From Escherichia phage mEp044, in sequence record PP180004: 54,557 nucleotides of DNA; one strand, written 5' to 3'. The first letter of the stretch is position 1. Each line of letters starts with the position of its first letter. Made by a program: the position numbers and the translations under genes. The notes under the pieces are model-generated. The model did not search any database. It was not told the origin of the DNA and worked only from the letters and a program-made list of their open reading frames with translations. Positions 44,703 through 54,510 of the stretch are shown here, in pieces.

Positions 44703-45434
44703 ATGGTAATGGAAGACAAAATGTTGCGTTATGCCGCCGCGCATCCGTTTGAAGAAGTATGCGGGCTGGTGATAGATAACGATTATTTTTACCCATGCTT
44801 AAACGTGTCTGAAACGCCGCACAACAGCTTTAAAATCTCGCCTGACGATTATATCAAAGCTGACGAATTAGGCGTTATAACCGCCGTTTTTCACTCCCAC
44901 ACTGACAATTCATTGGTATTGTCGGCGCGGGATCGACAACAGCAGGTTATTTCCGGGCTGCCGTGGTTTTTGTGTTCAGGTGGTAGGGTAAGAAAATTCC
45001 GCCCAGTGGCACACCTGTTAGGCCGTAAATTTGAGCACGGGAAAACAGACTGCTATTCGCTTTTCCGTGACGCCTATCACCTTTGCGGCGTGGATCTGCC
45101 TGACTTTGAGCGCCTTGATGGGTGGTGGCTGCGTGGGGAAAACCTGTATTTAAAAAACTTGCCTCTAAACGGGTTTTATCAGGTTGACGCGCAAAGCATT
45201 CAGCCAGGTGATGTGATTATCCGCCAGCCGTTTAAAGGCGCTGACCCATGTCACGCGATGATTTACCTGGGCGACAATACTGTTTTGCATCATGACAATG
45301 CCGGACTGTTAAGCCGCCGCGAGCAAATGCGGCCCGCTTATGTTCGGCAGACCAACTCAATATGGAGATCTGACAAATGCTCAAGTTTAGATTTACGGGC
45401 AATCTTCGAAGATATTACGGCAAGGTGTGTTTAA
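44703..45434 (+). CDS. K: tail assembly protein K (MPN/JAB plus NlpC/P60-like domains)
   Basis: ORF 44607-45434 with start at ATG 44703; strong resemblance to lambda gpK (RKFRPVAHLLGRKFEHGKTDCYSLFRDAYHLCG). Confidence 0.9.
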   Translation: MVMEDKMLRYAAAHPFEEVCGLVIDNDYFYPCLNVSETPHNSFKISPDDYIKADELGVITAVFHSHTDNSLVLSARDRQQQVISGLPWFLCSGGRVRKFRPVAHLLGRKFEHGKTDCYSLFRDAYHLCGVDLPDFERLDGWWLRGENLYLKNLPLNGFYQVDAQSIQPGDVIIRQPFKGADPCHAMIYLGDNTVLHHDNAGLLSRREQMRPAYVRQTNSIWRSDKCSSLDLRAIFEDITARCV

Positions 45435-45907
45435 ACGTTGATACGCCAGCGCAGGGACTTCGCTTATTGACCGCACAGAATCAGGAGTTCAAGAAGGCTT
45501 TTTTAAACACCCCATTGCGCTTGCGAATTGCCGGAAAAGATTACGACGAAAAGACTGCGCCAGCAGCGGTTAACAGTAAATACCCGGATGGGACTACCGT
45601 CATTGTTGCGCCAGTGGTGGAAGGCGGTATTGCAGGAATTGGCGTTGTAGGTTGGATTTTGATCGGTGTTTCGGTTGTTAGCGTTGCGTTCTCGATCTTT
45701 ATGTCTCGCAACATGAAGATAAAAACATCAGCAGAAAGCGCACAAGATAACACCATATCTAACAACACATACACCAGCGTTGAAAACAAGGTTGGCCAGG
45801 GTAGACCAGTGCCGATCCTGTTGGGTGAAATGAAGATAGGTTCAAACGTCGGATCGTTAGGCATAGACACAAGTAATAACAAAGACGCCTTAGACGTTGT
45901 AAGTTAA
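45377..45907 (+). CDS. I: tail assembly protein I
   Basis: 176 aa; Gly/Ile-rich hydrophobic centre and GEMKIGSNV motif as in lambda gpI. Confidence 0.8.
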   Translation: MLKFRFTGNLRRYYGKVCLNVDTPAQGLRLLTAQNQEFKKAFLNTPLRLRIAGKDYDEKTAPAAVNSKYPDGTTVIVAPVVEGGIAGIGVVGWILIGVSVVSVAFSIFMSRNMKIKTSAESAQDNTISNNTYTSVENKVGQGRPVPILLGEMKIGSNVGSLGIDTSNNKDALDVVS

Positions 45908-45920
45908 CAGGAGAAAAGCC

Positions 45921-48900
45921 ATGAGTAGCGGCGGCGGCAAAGCCAAAACACCAACATTATTAAACGATAACCTGTATCATAAACAGTTTTATCGTGTTTT
46001 AGACATTCTCAGCGAGGGGCCGATATACGGCCCGGCAAACCAGAATGCGCCATTAAACAACGTAATGCTTAATGACACGCCTATCACTGACGCAAACGGA
46101 AACACATCAATTCCTGGGATTAGTATAGCCTGGCGAAACGGCACGGCTGACCAATCGCCGATTAATGGTTTTAATGCCATCGAATCAACCGTTATTGTCA
46201 ACGCAAAGGTAACTCACGACACACCAATAATAAGGACTGTTTCAGATCCAAACGTTACCCGCGTAAGGTTAAATCTTGGCGTTGATGCTCTTGTTCAGTC
46301 AGATGATGAGGGCAATCAATATAATACATCCGTTATGTTGATGGTTGATGTTAAACCGTCAACATCTTCTACGTGGTCGCTGGTTAAAGATATACACATT
46401 GGTCCCGGTAAACAAAGCGGCGAATATCTGGAAGCTCACATTATCAAAGCGCCGGATGAAAAGCCGTTTGATATTCGCGTTCGTCGCGCAACGGCAGACA
46501 GCAAAAGCGATCTTCTTCGTAATGATACGCGGTGGAGTAGCTACAGCGAAATAATCGACGATAATTTATCTTATCCTCATACCGCTGTTGCTGGCGCGGT
46601 AATTGACCATGACCAGTATACTGATACTCCTACCCGTACATATCACCTGCGCGGGCTGATTGTTGATGTTCCTGATAACTACGACCCGGAAACGCGCACG
46701 TACTCAGGTTTATGGCTTGGTGGCTTTAAAAAAGCGTATACCAATAACCCTGCATGGCTTTTCCGGTATCTGGTGAAAAATGAACGCTTCGGGCTTGCCC
46801 GCCACGCTGGTTACGTTGATGTTGACGACGGAGCATTATATACGCTTTCTCAATACTGCGACCAGTTGGTAAACGACGGTTACGGCGGCTTTGAACCACG
46901 CATGACGCTTAATGCTTACATCACGGAGCAAATGAGCGCACGAGACTTGCTGGATAACATTGCAGGTATGTTCCGTGGTATCGCGTTATGGGACGGGCAA
47001 CGCCTTACTGTGATGATTGATGCGCCACAGGATCCAATTGCCACCATTACAAATGCAAACGTCGTTGATGGCGCGTTTACTCGTTCAAGTATCGCCCGTG
47101 CAGAATCTTACAACGCCGTGATTGTGTCATGGACTGACCCGGAAAACGGTTGGGAGCAATCAAAAGAATACGTGGCAGATGATGAACTGATCGCCCGCGA
47201 TGGTTATAACGAAACCACTTTAGAGGCGTTCGGTTGTACGTCACGCGGGCAGGCGTACCGCGCTGGCAAGTGGCTGATAGAAACAGCAAAACGCGAACCA
47301 TCAAAATTCACGTTTAAAATGGCCCGTGACGCAATTCACTTCACCCCGGGTGATATTATCGAGATACTCGACAATAACCGCGCAGGCGCTCGTTTAGGCG
47401 GTCGTATCGTGGCTAATAATGGCAAGGTGATAACGGTCGATAAGGTTGATTCTGAATATATCGCGGCTGGTGACACTATCAGTTTGCTTGATAGTGATGG
47501 CAAGTTTAAAAAACACCAGATCACCGGAGTTAACGGAAACAACATCACCCTTGCAACCGCCCCCGCATGGATTCGTAACGGGACCGTATTCGCTGTGTCA
47601 ACTGAAGCGGCAAGACCTGTTCTGTGTCGAATTATCAGCGTAGCGGAAACCGAAAATAACAGCGTGTACACCATCGAGGCTGCACAGCATGATCCGCACA
47701 AGCAGGCAGTAGTTGATGAAGGTGCAATCTTCGAGGTAAACAACGACACGCTTAATCACTTCCGCGTGCCGAACATTGAAAACCTGAAGGTGTTAAATGT
47801 TGGTTCTGAAACTGTTCAATGTCGCGCTACATGGGAAACACATACGACAACGCATCGCCTGACCTTTGAGATCCGCGTATATAATGCAGACGGTCGCGTG
47901 GTGGCAAGTTATGAAACAACGAATTACCGTTATGAATTTTATGGCCTCGAAGCAGGCAGCTACACGCTTGGTATTCGCGGTCGTAATGACACTGGCATGA
48001 AGGGCGCTGAAAGTATTGTGGATCTGGTGATTGGTGCACCATTGGCCCCTGTCGGCGTTAATTGGGTTCCGGGCGTTTTCCAGGCAACAGTATACCCGAT
48101 CAGCAAAACAACCCTGACCACTGATACGGCATATGAGTTCTACTTCTCAGGTGAAAACCAGATCACAGATCCATCAAAAGTAACCACGCTGGCGCAGTTC
48201 ACCGGGCGCGGCTACCAATGGACTTTTGGCGGCATGAACACGGGTCATACCTATTACGTTTATGTGCGCACGCGTAATGCCTTTGGTGTGTCAGACTTCG
48301 TTGAAGCATCAGGCGAACCGACTGAAAACTTCGATGAAATCAGCGACTACGTCACAAAAGACGTGATTAATTCAGAACAGTTTAAGGGGATGATTAGCGA
48401 CATTAAAGATCTTGGCGACCGCGCCGACCTTATCGAAAGCGCTACAAATGACCTTAAAACTGCTACCGACAACCTCAAAACTGCAACTGATAACCTGACA
48501 AACATCACTGACGATTTGAGGGTTGACACGGACAACCTGACAAACATCACTGACGAATTGAGGACTGATACGGACGGCCTAATCACAGAAACAGGGGCCA
48601 TAAAAGCTGATACGGACACACTGAAAAAAGAGACGGAAGATCTTTATAAAAAGGTTGGGGAAAACGCCGATGATATTGGACAGCATGAGGCAAGAATAGA
48701 TTCGCTGGAGGTATCTAGCGAAAAAGTTGGCAGTGAACTAGCACAAGCAAAAGCAAGCCTGCAAAATGCGTCATTGGCGCTTATCAATAACTCACTTGCA
48801 CAGACTAACACGCGCGTAACTCTTACCGCCCAATACAAGAAAGGTAGGACAGAGACGAGGGCTGAAATTGACCGCATTGACAACGTTATTGCTGAAGAGA

Positions 48901-51407
48901 AAAAGGCAACGGCGGAATCACTGGAAACCATCACGGCAGAAATGAACACGATGGATTCTAACCTTAAAGGTCAGATCTCAAGCGTGGAACGTGCAGTGGC
49001 TGACGAGGCCAGCGCACGCGCAGAAGCCATTAACGGTGTGAACGCATCAATAAGCAATCTAGACAAGAAAACAGACGCCAGCATCAATAGACTTGATCAA
49101 GCTATTGCAGACGAAACGACCGCCCGCACACAGGCAGTCAGTGACGTTAACGCGAGTATCTCATCGCTAGACAAGAAAACTGGCGCCAGCGTGAAACGCT
49201 TGGATCAAGCGATTGCAGACGAAACCAGCGCAAGAACTGAAGCTATCAGCGGAGTGAACGCATCAATTTCCACGCTTGATAGCAAGGTAACAAGCAATGT
49301 AACGCGCATAGATAAAGCTATTGCAGACGAAACGAAGGCACGCACTGACGCAATCAGCGGCGTTAATGCAAGTATTAGCACACTCGAAGGCAACACCAAT
49401 TCAGAAGTGAAACGCCTTGATCAAGCAATAGCTGACGAGACTAGTGCCCGCACACAGGCTATCAGCGGTGTAAATGCTTCAATAAGCAATCTTGAAAGCA
49501 AAACCGACGCCAGCGTTTCCCGTCTTGATAAAGCAATAGCAGATGAAACGCAGGCAAGAAGTGCTGCAATAACAGATGTTAAAGCTGATTTAACAACACT
49601 CGAAAACAGCACAAACGCCAGCGTCAAACGTCTTGATCAGGCAATTGCCGACGAATCAAGTGCCCGCGCTGAAGCAATATCAGGCATCAATGCAGAGATT
49701 GGCAACATTGAAAATAATGTTGACAAAAACAGCGATGATATAAATCAGACAAAAGCAAGCCTGCAAAACGCGTCTATCGCGCTTATTAACAACTCAATCG
49801 CTCAAACAAACACGCGTGTTACGCTTACGGCCCAATACAAGAAAGGCCGCAAAGAAACCAACGCGCAAATTGACCGTATTGACAATGTTATCGCTGAAGA
49901 GAAAAAGGCTACAGCGGAAGCGGTTAGCGTGGTAAAAGCATCGATCACGGATCTTGATAAGAAGACTGACGCGAGCGTTTCCCGTCTCGACAAGGCTATC
50001 GCAGACGAAACAAGCGCACGCAGCGAGGCTATTAGCGGAGTAAATGCCTCAGTGTCAGCGCTAGACAAGAAAACGGATTCAAACATAAGCCGTCTTGATA
50101 AAGCCATTGCAGATGAGACAAGCGCAAGAACTGAAGCTATCAGTGGAGTGAATGCAAGTATTATCACTCTTGAAAGCAACACTGAATCTGAAGTTAGCAG
50201 GCTGGATCAGGCAATTGCCGACGAATCAAGTGCCCGCACCCAGGCTATAAGCGGAGTGAACGCATCAATTTCCACGCTTGATAGTAAGGTGACAAGTAAC
50301 GTAACCCGTATTGACAAGGCAATTGCAGACGAAACGAACGCCCGCACTGACGCGATAAGTAGCCTTAATTCATCGCTTACCAGTACGATTAACTCGAAGG
50401 TGTCTGAGGTATCAACGGCGCTTTCTACGCATGAAGCATCAAGCGCAGAAAAATTTAGCCAGATCTCAGCGTCTTTCGATTCTGTAAATTCAAGTATTAC
50501 AGAATGGTCGCAGGCTATGGCAACGGCTGACGAGGCATTATCAAGCAAAATTGATCAGCTAACAGTAACCGTTAACGGGAACACGACAGCAATAGAGACA
50601 ACATCGAATGCGCTAACCGATTTCAAGGGTAACGTTGATGCGTCATATTCCATCAAGCTGGCAACAGATAACAACGGCATGAAGTACGCTACAGGTATGT
50701 CGCTTGGCCTGACTGGTAACGGCACAAACTTTCAATCGCAGTGTATTTTCCTTGTTGACCGCTTCGTATTAATGACCGCAGCAAACGGCACATATACAAC
50801 GCCTTTCTATGTATCTAATGGCGCTATGTATGTGAAAGAAGCGTTTATTAAAAACGCATCAATAGGAGAAGCTAAAATTGCAAACGCCGCAATCACATCA
50901 GCCAAAATTGCACAGCAGATACAGTCAACTGAATTTGTTAAAGACTCAAAAGGTTGGATGATTAACAAAGATGGGTGGGCGGAGTTCAATAGCGTTACGG
51001 TGAGGGGGACTGTGTATGCTACGGACGGTAAGTTCTCCGGTTCGCTTGAGGCGAAAACCTTTATCGGTGATGTTGCGAATATGTATACAGGAGGTGACGT
51101 TAGTAGATTAAATGATGGTGTGCTAGAAAAAACAATCACATACAACGATACATCAAGTGCAGCACATAGTAGACACATCTGCGTTATGGCAAACGTCAAA
51201 GGTTTTGGTGGCTGCACGATAAACATTGGAGGTTCAGAAAAAAACCTTGCTATGAATGGAGATGAGCGTCTTGTCATGCATTCAGCGGCAATAACTACCA
51301 AGAGCGTTACAGTTAAAATTAAGGTATCCGCTCAAAATAGCAAGGGTGCATATATAAATTCGCCGACCGTCATTGTGTCGCGCGGTTCTGGTTCATTCTC
51401 AGGATAA
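45921..51407 (+). CDS. J: tail tip/host specificity protein J with an internal coiled-coil repeat expansion
   Basis: 1828 aa; N-terminal ~1000 aa resemble lambda gpJ (ISEGPIYGP, WSSYSEIID, FGCTSRGQAYRAGKWLIETAK); repeats at about aa 930-1500. Confidence 0.9.
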   Translation: MSSGGGKAKTPTLLNDNLYHKQFYRVLDILSEGPIYGPANQNAPLNNVMLNDTPITDANGNTSIPGISIAWRNGTADQSPINGFNAIESTVIVNAKVTHDTPIIRTVSDPNVTRVRLNLGVDALVQSDDEGNQYNTSVMLMVDVKPSTSSTWSLVKDIHIGPGKQSGEYLEAHIIKAPDEKPFDIRVRRATADSKSDLLRNDTRWSSYSEIIDDNLSYPHTAVAGAVIDHDQYTDTPTRTYHLRGLIVDVPDNYDPETRTYSGLWLGGFKKAYTNNPAWLFRYLVKNERFGLARHAGYVDVDDGALYTLSQYCDQLVNDGYGGFEPRMTLNAYITEQMSARDLLDNIAGMFRGIALWDGQRLTVMIDAPQDPIATITNANVVDGAFTRSSIARAESYNAVIVSWTDPENGWEQSKEYVADDELIARDGYNETTLEAFGCTSRGQAYRAGKWLIETAKREPSKFTFKMARDAIHFTPGDIIEILDNNRAGARLGGRIVANNGKVITVDKVDSEYIAAGDTISLLDSDGKFKKHQITGVNGNNITLATAPAWIRNGTVFAVSTEAARPVLCRIISVAETENNSVYTIEAAQHDPHKQAVVDEGAIFEVNNDTLNHFRVPNIENLKVLNVGSETVQCRATWETHTTTHRLTFEIRVYNADGRVVASYETTNYRYEFYGLEAGSYTLGIRGRNDTGMKGAESIVDLVIGAPLAPVGVNWVPGVFQATVYPISKTTLTTDTAYEFYFSGENQITDPSKVTTLAQFTGRGYQWTFGGMNTGHTYYVYVRTRNAFGVSDFVEASGEPTENFDEISDYVTKDVINSEQFKGMISDIKDLGDRADLIESATNDLKTATDNLKTATDNLTNITDDLRVDTDNLTNITDELRTDTDGLITETGAIKADTDTLKKETEDLYKKVGENADDIGQHEARIDSLEVSSEKVGSELAQAKASLQNASLALINNSLAQTNTRVTLTAQYKKGRTETRAEIDRIDNVIAEEKKATAESLETITAEMNTMDSNLKGQISSVERAVADEASARAEAINGVNASISNLDKKTDASINRLDQAIADETTARTQAVSDVNASISSLDKKTGASVKRLDQAIADETSARTEAISGVNASISTLDSKVTSNVTRIDKAIADETKARTDAISGVNASISTLEGNTNSEVKRLDQAIADETSARTQAISGVNASISNLESKTDASVSRLDKAIADETQARSAAITDVKADLTTLENSTNASVKRLDQAIADESSARAEAISGINAEIGNIENNVDKNSDDINQTKASLQNASIALINNSIAQTNTRVTLTAQYKKGRKETNAQIDRIDNVIAEEKKATAEAVSVVKASITDLDKKTDASVSRLDKAIADETSARSEAISGVNASVSALDKKTDSNISRLDKAIADETSARTEAISGVNASIITLESNTESEVSRLDQAIADESSARTQAISGVNASISTLDSKVTSNVTRIDKAIADETNARTDAISSLNSSLTSTINSKVSEVSTALSTHEASSAEKFSQISASFDSVNSSITEWSQAMATADEALSSKIDQLTVTVNGNTTAIETTSNALTDFKGNVDASYSIKLATDNNGMKYATGMSLGLTGNGTNFQSQCIFLVDRFVLMTAANGTYTTPFYVSNGAMYVKEAFIKNASIGEAKIANAAITSAKIAQQIQSTEFVKDSKGWMINKDGWAEFNSVTVRGTVYATDGKFSGSLEAKTFIGDVANMYTGGDVSRLNDGVLEKTITYNDTSSAAHSRHICVMANVKGFGGCTINIGGSEKNLAMNGDERLVMHSAAITTKSVTVKIKVSAQNSKGAYINSPTVIVSRGSGSFSG
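48741..50400 (+). repeat. in-frame coding tandem repeats inside J: about eleven 108-bp (36-aa) units in two blocks, each block headed by a ~180-bp duplicated segment (48741 and 49750)
   Basis: repeated peptide LDQAIADETSARTEAISGVNASIS...; attgcagacgaaac recurs every 108-109 bp. Confidence 0.8.
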
Positions 51408-51414
51408 AAAACAA

Positions 51415-51440
51415 CCCCGCATCGCGCGGGGTTTTCTTTT
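51415..51440. terminator. bidirectional terminator after J
   Basis: hairpin ccccgc-atcgc-gcgggg with T-runs on both strands. Confidence 0.6.
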
Positions 51441-51687
51441 AGTAGTTGGCTACACAGTTCGACGGGCTACCGATGCGGCGCATGTTGTGATCGAGTTCAT
51501 GACACCATTGCCCAGTATACGGCAGTTTTTCAGTGTCATAGACAAGATGACCGCTGCCATCATAGACAACATCCTGTGGAATTACTCCGCTATTAGGCAG
51601 GTTATGCAATGCGGCCTCTTTGTCAATAGCGCAACCAGTAAGAGCAACAGCCGCAGAGAACAAAACCACTTTGAACACGTTTTTCAT
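51439..51687 (-). CDS. lipoprotein (signal peptide plus lipobox LTGC), antisense between J and the tail fibre; Cor/Lom-position candidate
   Basis: 82 aa; MKNVFKVVLFSAAVALTGC lipoprotein signal. Confidence 0.55.
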   Translation of the reverse strand: MKNVFKVVLFSAAVALTGCAIDKEAALHNLPNSGVIPQDVVYDGSGHLVYDTEKLPYTGQWCHELDHNMRRIGSPSNCVANY

Positions 51688-51864
51688 TTTTGAATCCTCA
51701 TTCTTGTTGGTTCATCCGGTTTACCCGGTGGTTTAAATATCCGACAAAACCACATTTCGTATATTGATATAAGTCAATAAATACATTTTGTGTAAGCAGA
51801 AAATGCAACATAGATCACAAAATGGTAGAATTATTCCGTTAATTAACATAATGGAGTCATTGCG

Positions 51865-54429
51865 ATGATTTACACAACTGGAACAATTGCCATCAACGGC
51901 AACACTGTTAAAGGCACGGGAACAGACTTTTCCGCGCCGCTTTCTCTCATTCGTGTAGGGTGCACGCTCATTGCTATCAGCAACCCCATCCAGATCTTTA
52001 CCGTTACTGAAATCAAGAGCGGCACTGAACTATCAGTGACGCCAGCGGCTAACCCTGCAATTGCTGCCGGGACAAAATTCAGTATTCTACTTTCTGACTC
52101 GATCTCAGTTGATGGGCTTGCCCAGGATGTAGCAGAAACGCTTCGTTTTTATCAGGAAAAAGAAGATGAAATAACAAGCGCAATAGATGGCAGCAATATT
52201 GGCTTGGGGCCAGAGCCGCGAGATTGCACCGATATATCAGGCGATCCGTCTTCTTACGTTGGCTTTTTGCGCATAAAGGAAACGGCTAAGGGTTTTCCTT
52301 CTGTAGCGGCTGGTGAATCATTTTTGAGTGGATTCATCTGTCAACGAGATGTCACGCCTTCATATACAGGCGTCTTTGTCGGTTGGGCTACGCGATCACT
52401 TTATACTTATACATGGGTAGCCACATCAGGTCCGCAATGGACACGCAACGCAAGAAAAGATGAAGTTGACAGGCTTGTCCAAAGAACAGGAGAAACGCGC
52501 GTATGCTCTCAAAACGCAAATAAATTCCTTACTGTCTATGATTCTGGATCGTGGGGTTATTACGATTCAGAGGCCAGCAAATGGCTACCGCTTCCAATTC
52601 TTGCTGGCGGCACTGGCGCAACATCGCTTGATGATGCAAAAAAAAATCTTCAGATCCCTGAAGGCGGTCTATCAAAAACGATAACCATAAGCGCCCCATC
52701 AGGTATGGAAGATGGAAAATACTATCCTATAATCGTGTTTACTGGTGAAACAAACGGAGGAGCTTTTCCGTGTCCGGTTGAAATTGTAACTGTTGGCGGA
52801 CCTTCCACCTCAGAAATGAACAGCAATACATTTTCTGGTTATGTCAGATGCGGTGGATGGTCAGACATCAGAAATATAGCGTATGGGTACTATACTGCAT
52901 ACGAACCAAAAGAGGTTGCTATACTTTGCATTAAGGGATCAACCAAAGACTACGCTCAACATATAGCTTTTTATGTAAGCAATAAAGCGTTTCCAATTAA
53001 AATCCAAGTAGGATATAAAGCGCAAGTATTCGTGCCCACTAGTGATTATTCTTTGGGAACAAACGGGGTAAAATTCAAATTTGGCGTGTCAACATCAGAA
53101 GAGGGTAACACAGAAAACAGCGTTACTAATATACTTGATTTTACTGGTGGCCAATCAGGTTTTTACAGTAACGCATTATTCAGGCAAGGATACTCAACAA
53201 ATTTTGCGCTTACTAATAAATTAAACTCAACAGATCCGTTTATTGTTACGCTGCCGTCATTCACAGTTTTAGGGTCTATTAATTGCACTAAAGGACTTAT
53301 TGCATATGGCGAGGACGTAACCAACAGGACATTTGTATCACGGCGCACCAATGCAGCAGCCAATGAGACGCTTGATCAGTCAGAGTTCAGGGCAGCAGAA
53401 AAAGCCGCGCAAATTGTTGTTCGTGACATGACTGCATCAAACCATATGTTTTTTAATTTTAATGGTGATGGTACTTTTAATGCACCAGGAGGTCTTGTAT
53501 CACAGACTGGCACTGACTGGAACGGTCAGCAGTCAGATAACATAAACAGGTTTAAGCCGATTGCTGGTCAAATAAATACACCGGAAAATAATGTTGTTTA
53601 TGGCGGTTTTCATGTCGGTTTTAGCGGCAACTACGCAACCCAGTTCGCTGGGCGCAATTCAAAATTCTACGCCAGAAGTTTTGAGGCAGGAGTAGACAAA
53701 GGATGGTGTCAGCTTGCAACGCTTAACAATGAGCTTGTGCAAAGGTGGACGGGATACCAACAATTTAAATCAACGGATTTTTTTGCTGATACTTTCACAA
53801 GAAAAATAACTCTAGCCGTCTCAAATTCATCGGCAAGAAATGCCGAGCTTTATTTGTGGGGCGCTGAAAACCGTCCCACCGTACTTGAGTTCAAGATAAA
53901 GGATCCAGACACAGGTAGTGGGCTTTCATGGGCTTTTTACGCACAGCAAAACCAGGATGATTCATGCCAATTTAATGTTAACGGTGCTGTAAACTGCACA
54001 ACAGTTAACCAGTCATCTGACCGCGACTTGAAAGACAACATTCAGGTTATAGGTGACGCAACTGAAGCCATCCGTAAAATGAACGGGTACACTTATACCC
54101 TCAAGGAAAACGGCCTGCCTTACGCTGGCGTTATCGCTCAGGAGGTCATGGAGGCACTGCCGGAAGCTGTGGGGTCGTTTACTCATTACGGTAAAGCATT
54201 GCAAGGACCGACCATTGACGGCAACGAGCTACGCGAAGAAACGCGTTATCTCAATGTTGACTACGCCGCAGTAACTGGTTTACTTGTCCAGGTTGCACGA
54301 GAAACGGATAACCGCGTCACCGAACTGGAAGAAGAAAACGCAAGCCTACGCGCTAACATTGCCGCAATGGATGAGCGTATCGCAAAACTTGAAGCGCTTG
54401 TCAGTAAGTTGACAGAAGGCGAAAAATAA
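51865..54429 (+). CDS. tail fibre/tailspike with C-terminal intramolecular-chaperone (peptidase S74) domain
   Basis: 854 aa; C-terminal SSDRDLKDNIQ ... LNVDYAAVTGLLVQ and coiled-coil end typical of S74 autoproteolytic chaperone domains. Confidence 0.75.
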   Translation: MIYTTGTIAINGNTVKGTGTDFSAPLSLIRVGCTLIAISNPIQIFTVTEIKSGTELSVTPAANPAIAAGTKFSILLSDSISVDGLAQDVAETLRFYQEKEDEITSAIDGSNIGLGPEPRDCTDISGDPSSYVGFLRIKETAKGFPSVAAGESFLSGFICQRDVTPSYTGVFVGWATRSLYTYTWVATSGPQWTRNARKDEVDRLVQRTGETRVCSQNANKFLTVYDSGSWGYYDSEASKWLPLPILAGGTGATSLDDAKKNLQIPEGGLSKTITISAPSGMEDGKYYPIIVFTGETNGGAFPCPVEIVTVGGPSTSEMNSNTFSGYVRCGGWSDIRNIAYGYYTAYEPKEVAILCIKGSTKDYAQHIAFYVSNKAFPIKIQVGYKAQVFVPTSDYSLGTNGVKFKFGVSTSEEGNTENSVTNILDFTGGQSGFYSNALFRQGYSTNFALTNKLNSTDPFIVTLPSFTVLGSINCTKGLIAYGEDVTNRTFVSRRTNAAANETLDQSEFRAAEKAAQIVVRDMTASNHMFFNFNGDGTFNAPGGLVSQTGTDWNGQQSDNINRFKPIAGQINTPENNVVYGGFHVGFSGNYATQFAGRNSKFYARSFEAGVDKGWCQLATLNNELVQRWTGYQQFKSTDFFADTFTRKITLAVSNSSARNAELYLWGAENRPTVLEFKIKDPDTGSGLSWAFYAQQNQDDSCQFNVNGAVNCTTVNQSSDRDLKDNIQVIGDATEAIRKMNGYTYTLKENGLPYAGVIAQEVMEALPEAVGSFTHYGKALQGPTIDGNELREETRYLNVDYAAVTGLLVQVARETDNRVTELEEENASLRANIAAMDERIAKLEALVSKLTEGEK

Positions 54430-54460
54430 GAGGTGATGTGCGAAGAACATCGCCACGCGA

Positions 54461-54487
54461 AACGAGGCTAACGCCTCGTTTCTTTTT
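54461..54487 (+). terminator. rho-independent terminator after the tail fibre gene, abutting the right 24-bp repeat
   Basis: 8-bp stem aacgaggc/gcctcgtt followed by a T-run. Confidence 0.7.
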
Positions 54488-54510
54488 GTGTACCAAATAG
54501 TGACCAAAAT
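54487..54510. repeat. right copy of 24-bp direct repeat tgtgtaccaaatagtgaccaaaat; candidate att core (attR)
   Basis: identical to 161-184 with different flanks. Confidence 0.55.

Noticed and set aside
48741-50400. Possible CRISPR array suggested by regular ~108-bp repeats
   Set aside because: The repeats are in-frame coding units of J, far longer than CRISPR repeats and without unique spacers.
48347-51301. Seven minus-strand ORFs (48347-48619, 48644-48949, 49205-49399, 49421-49627, 49802-50182, 50207-50548, 50807-51301) inside the J gene
   Set aside because: They are antisense shadows of the repetitive J coding sequence, with no ribosome-binding sites and low-complexity Ser/Ala/Leu-rich translations.
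52460-52684. 74-aa plus-strand ORF
   Set aside because: Alternative frame inside the tail fibre gene.
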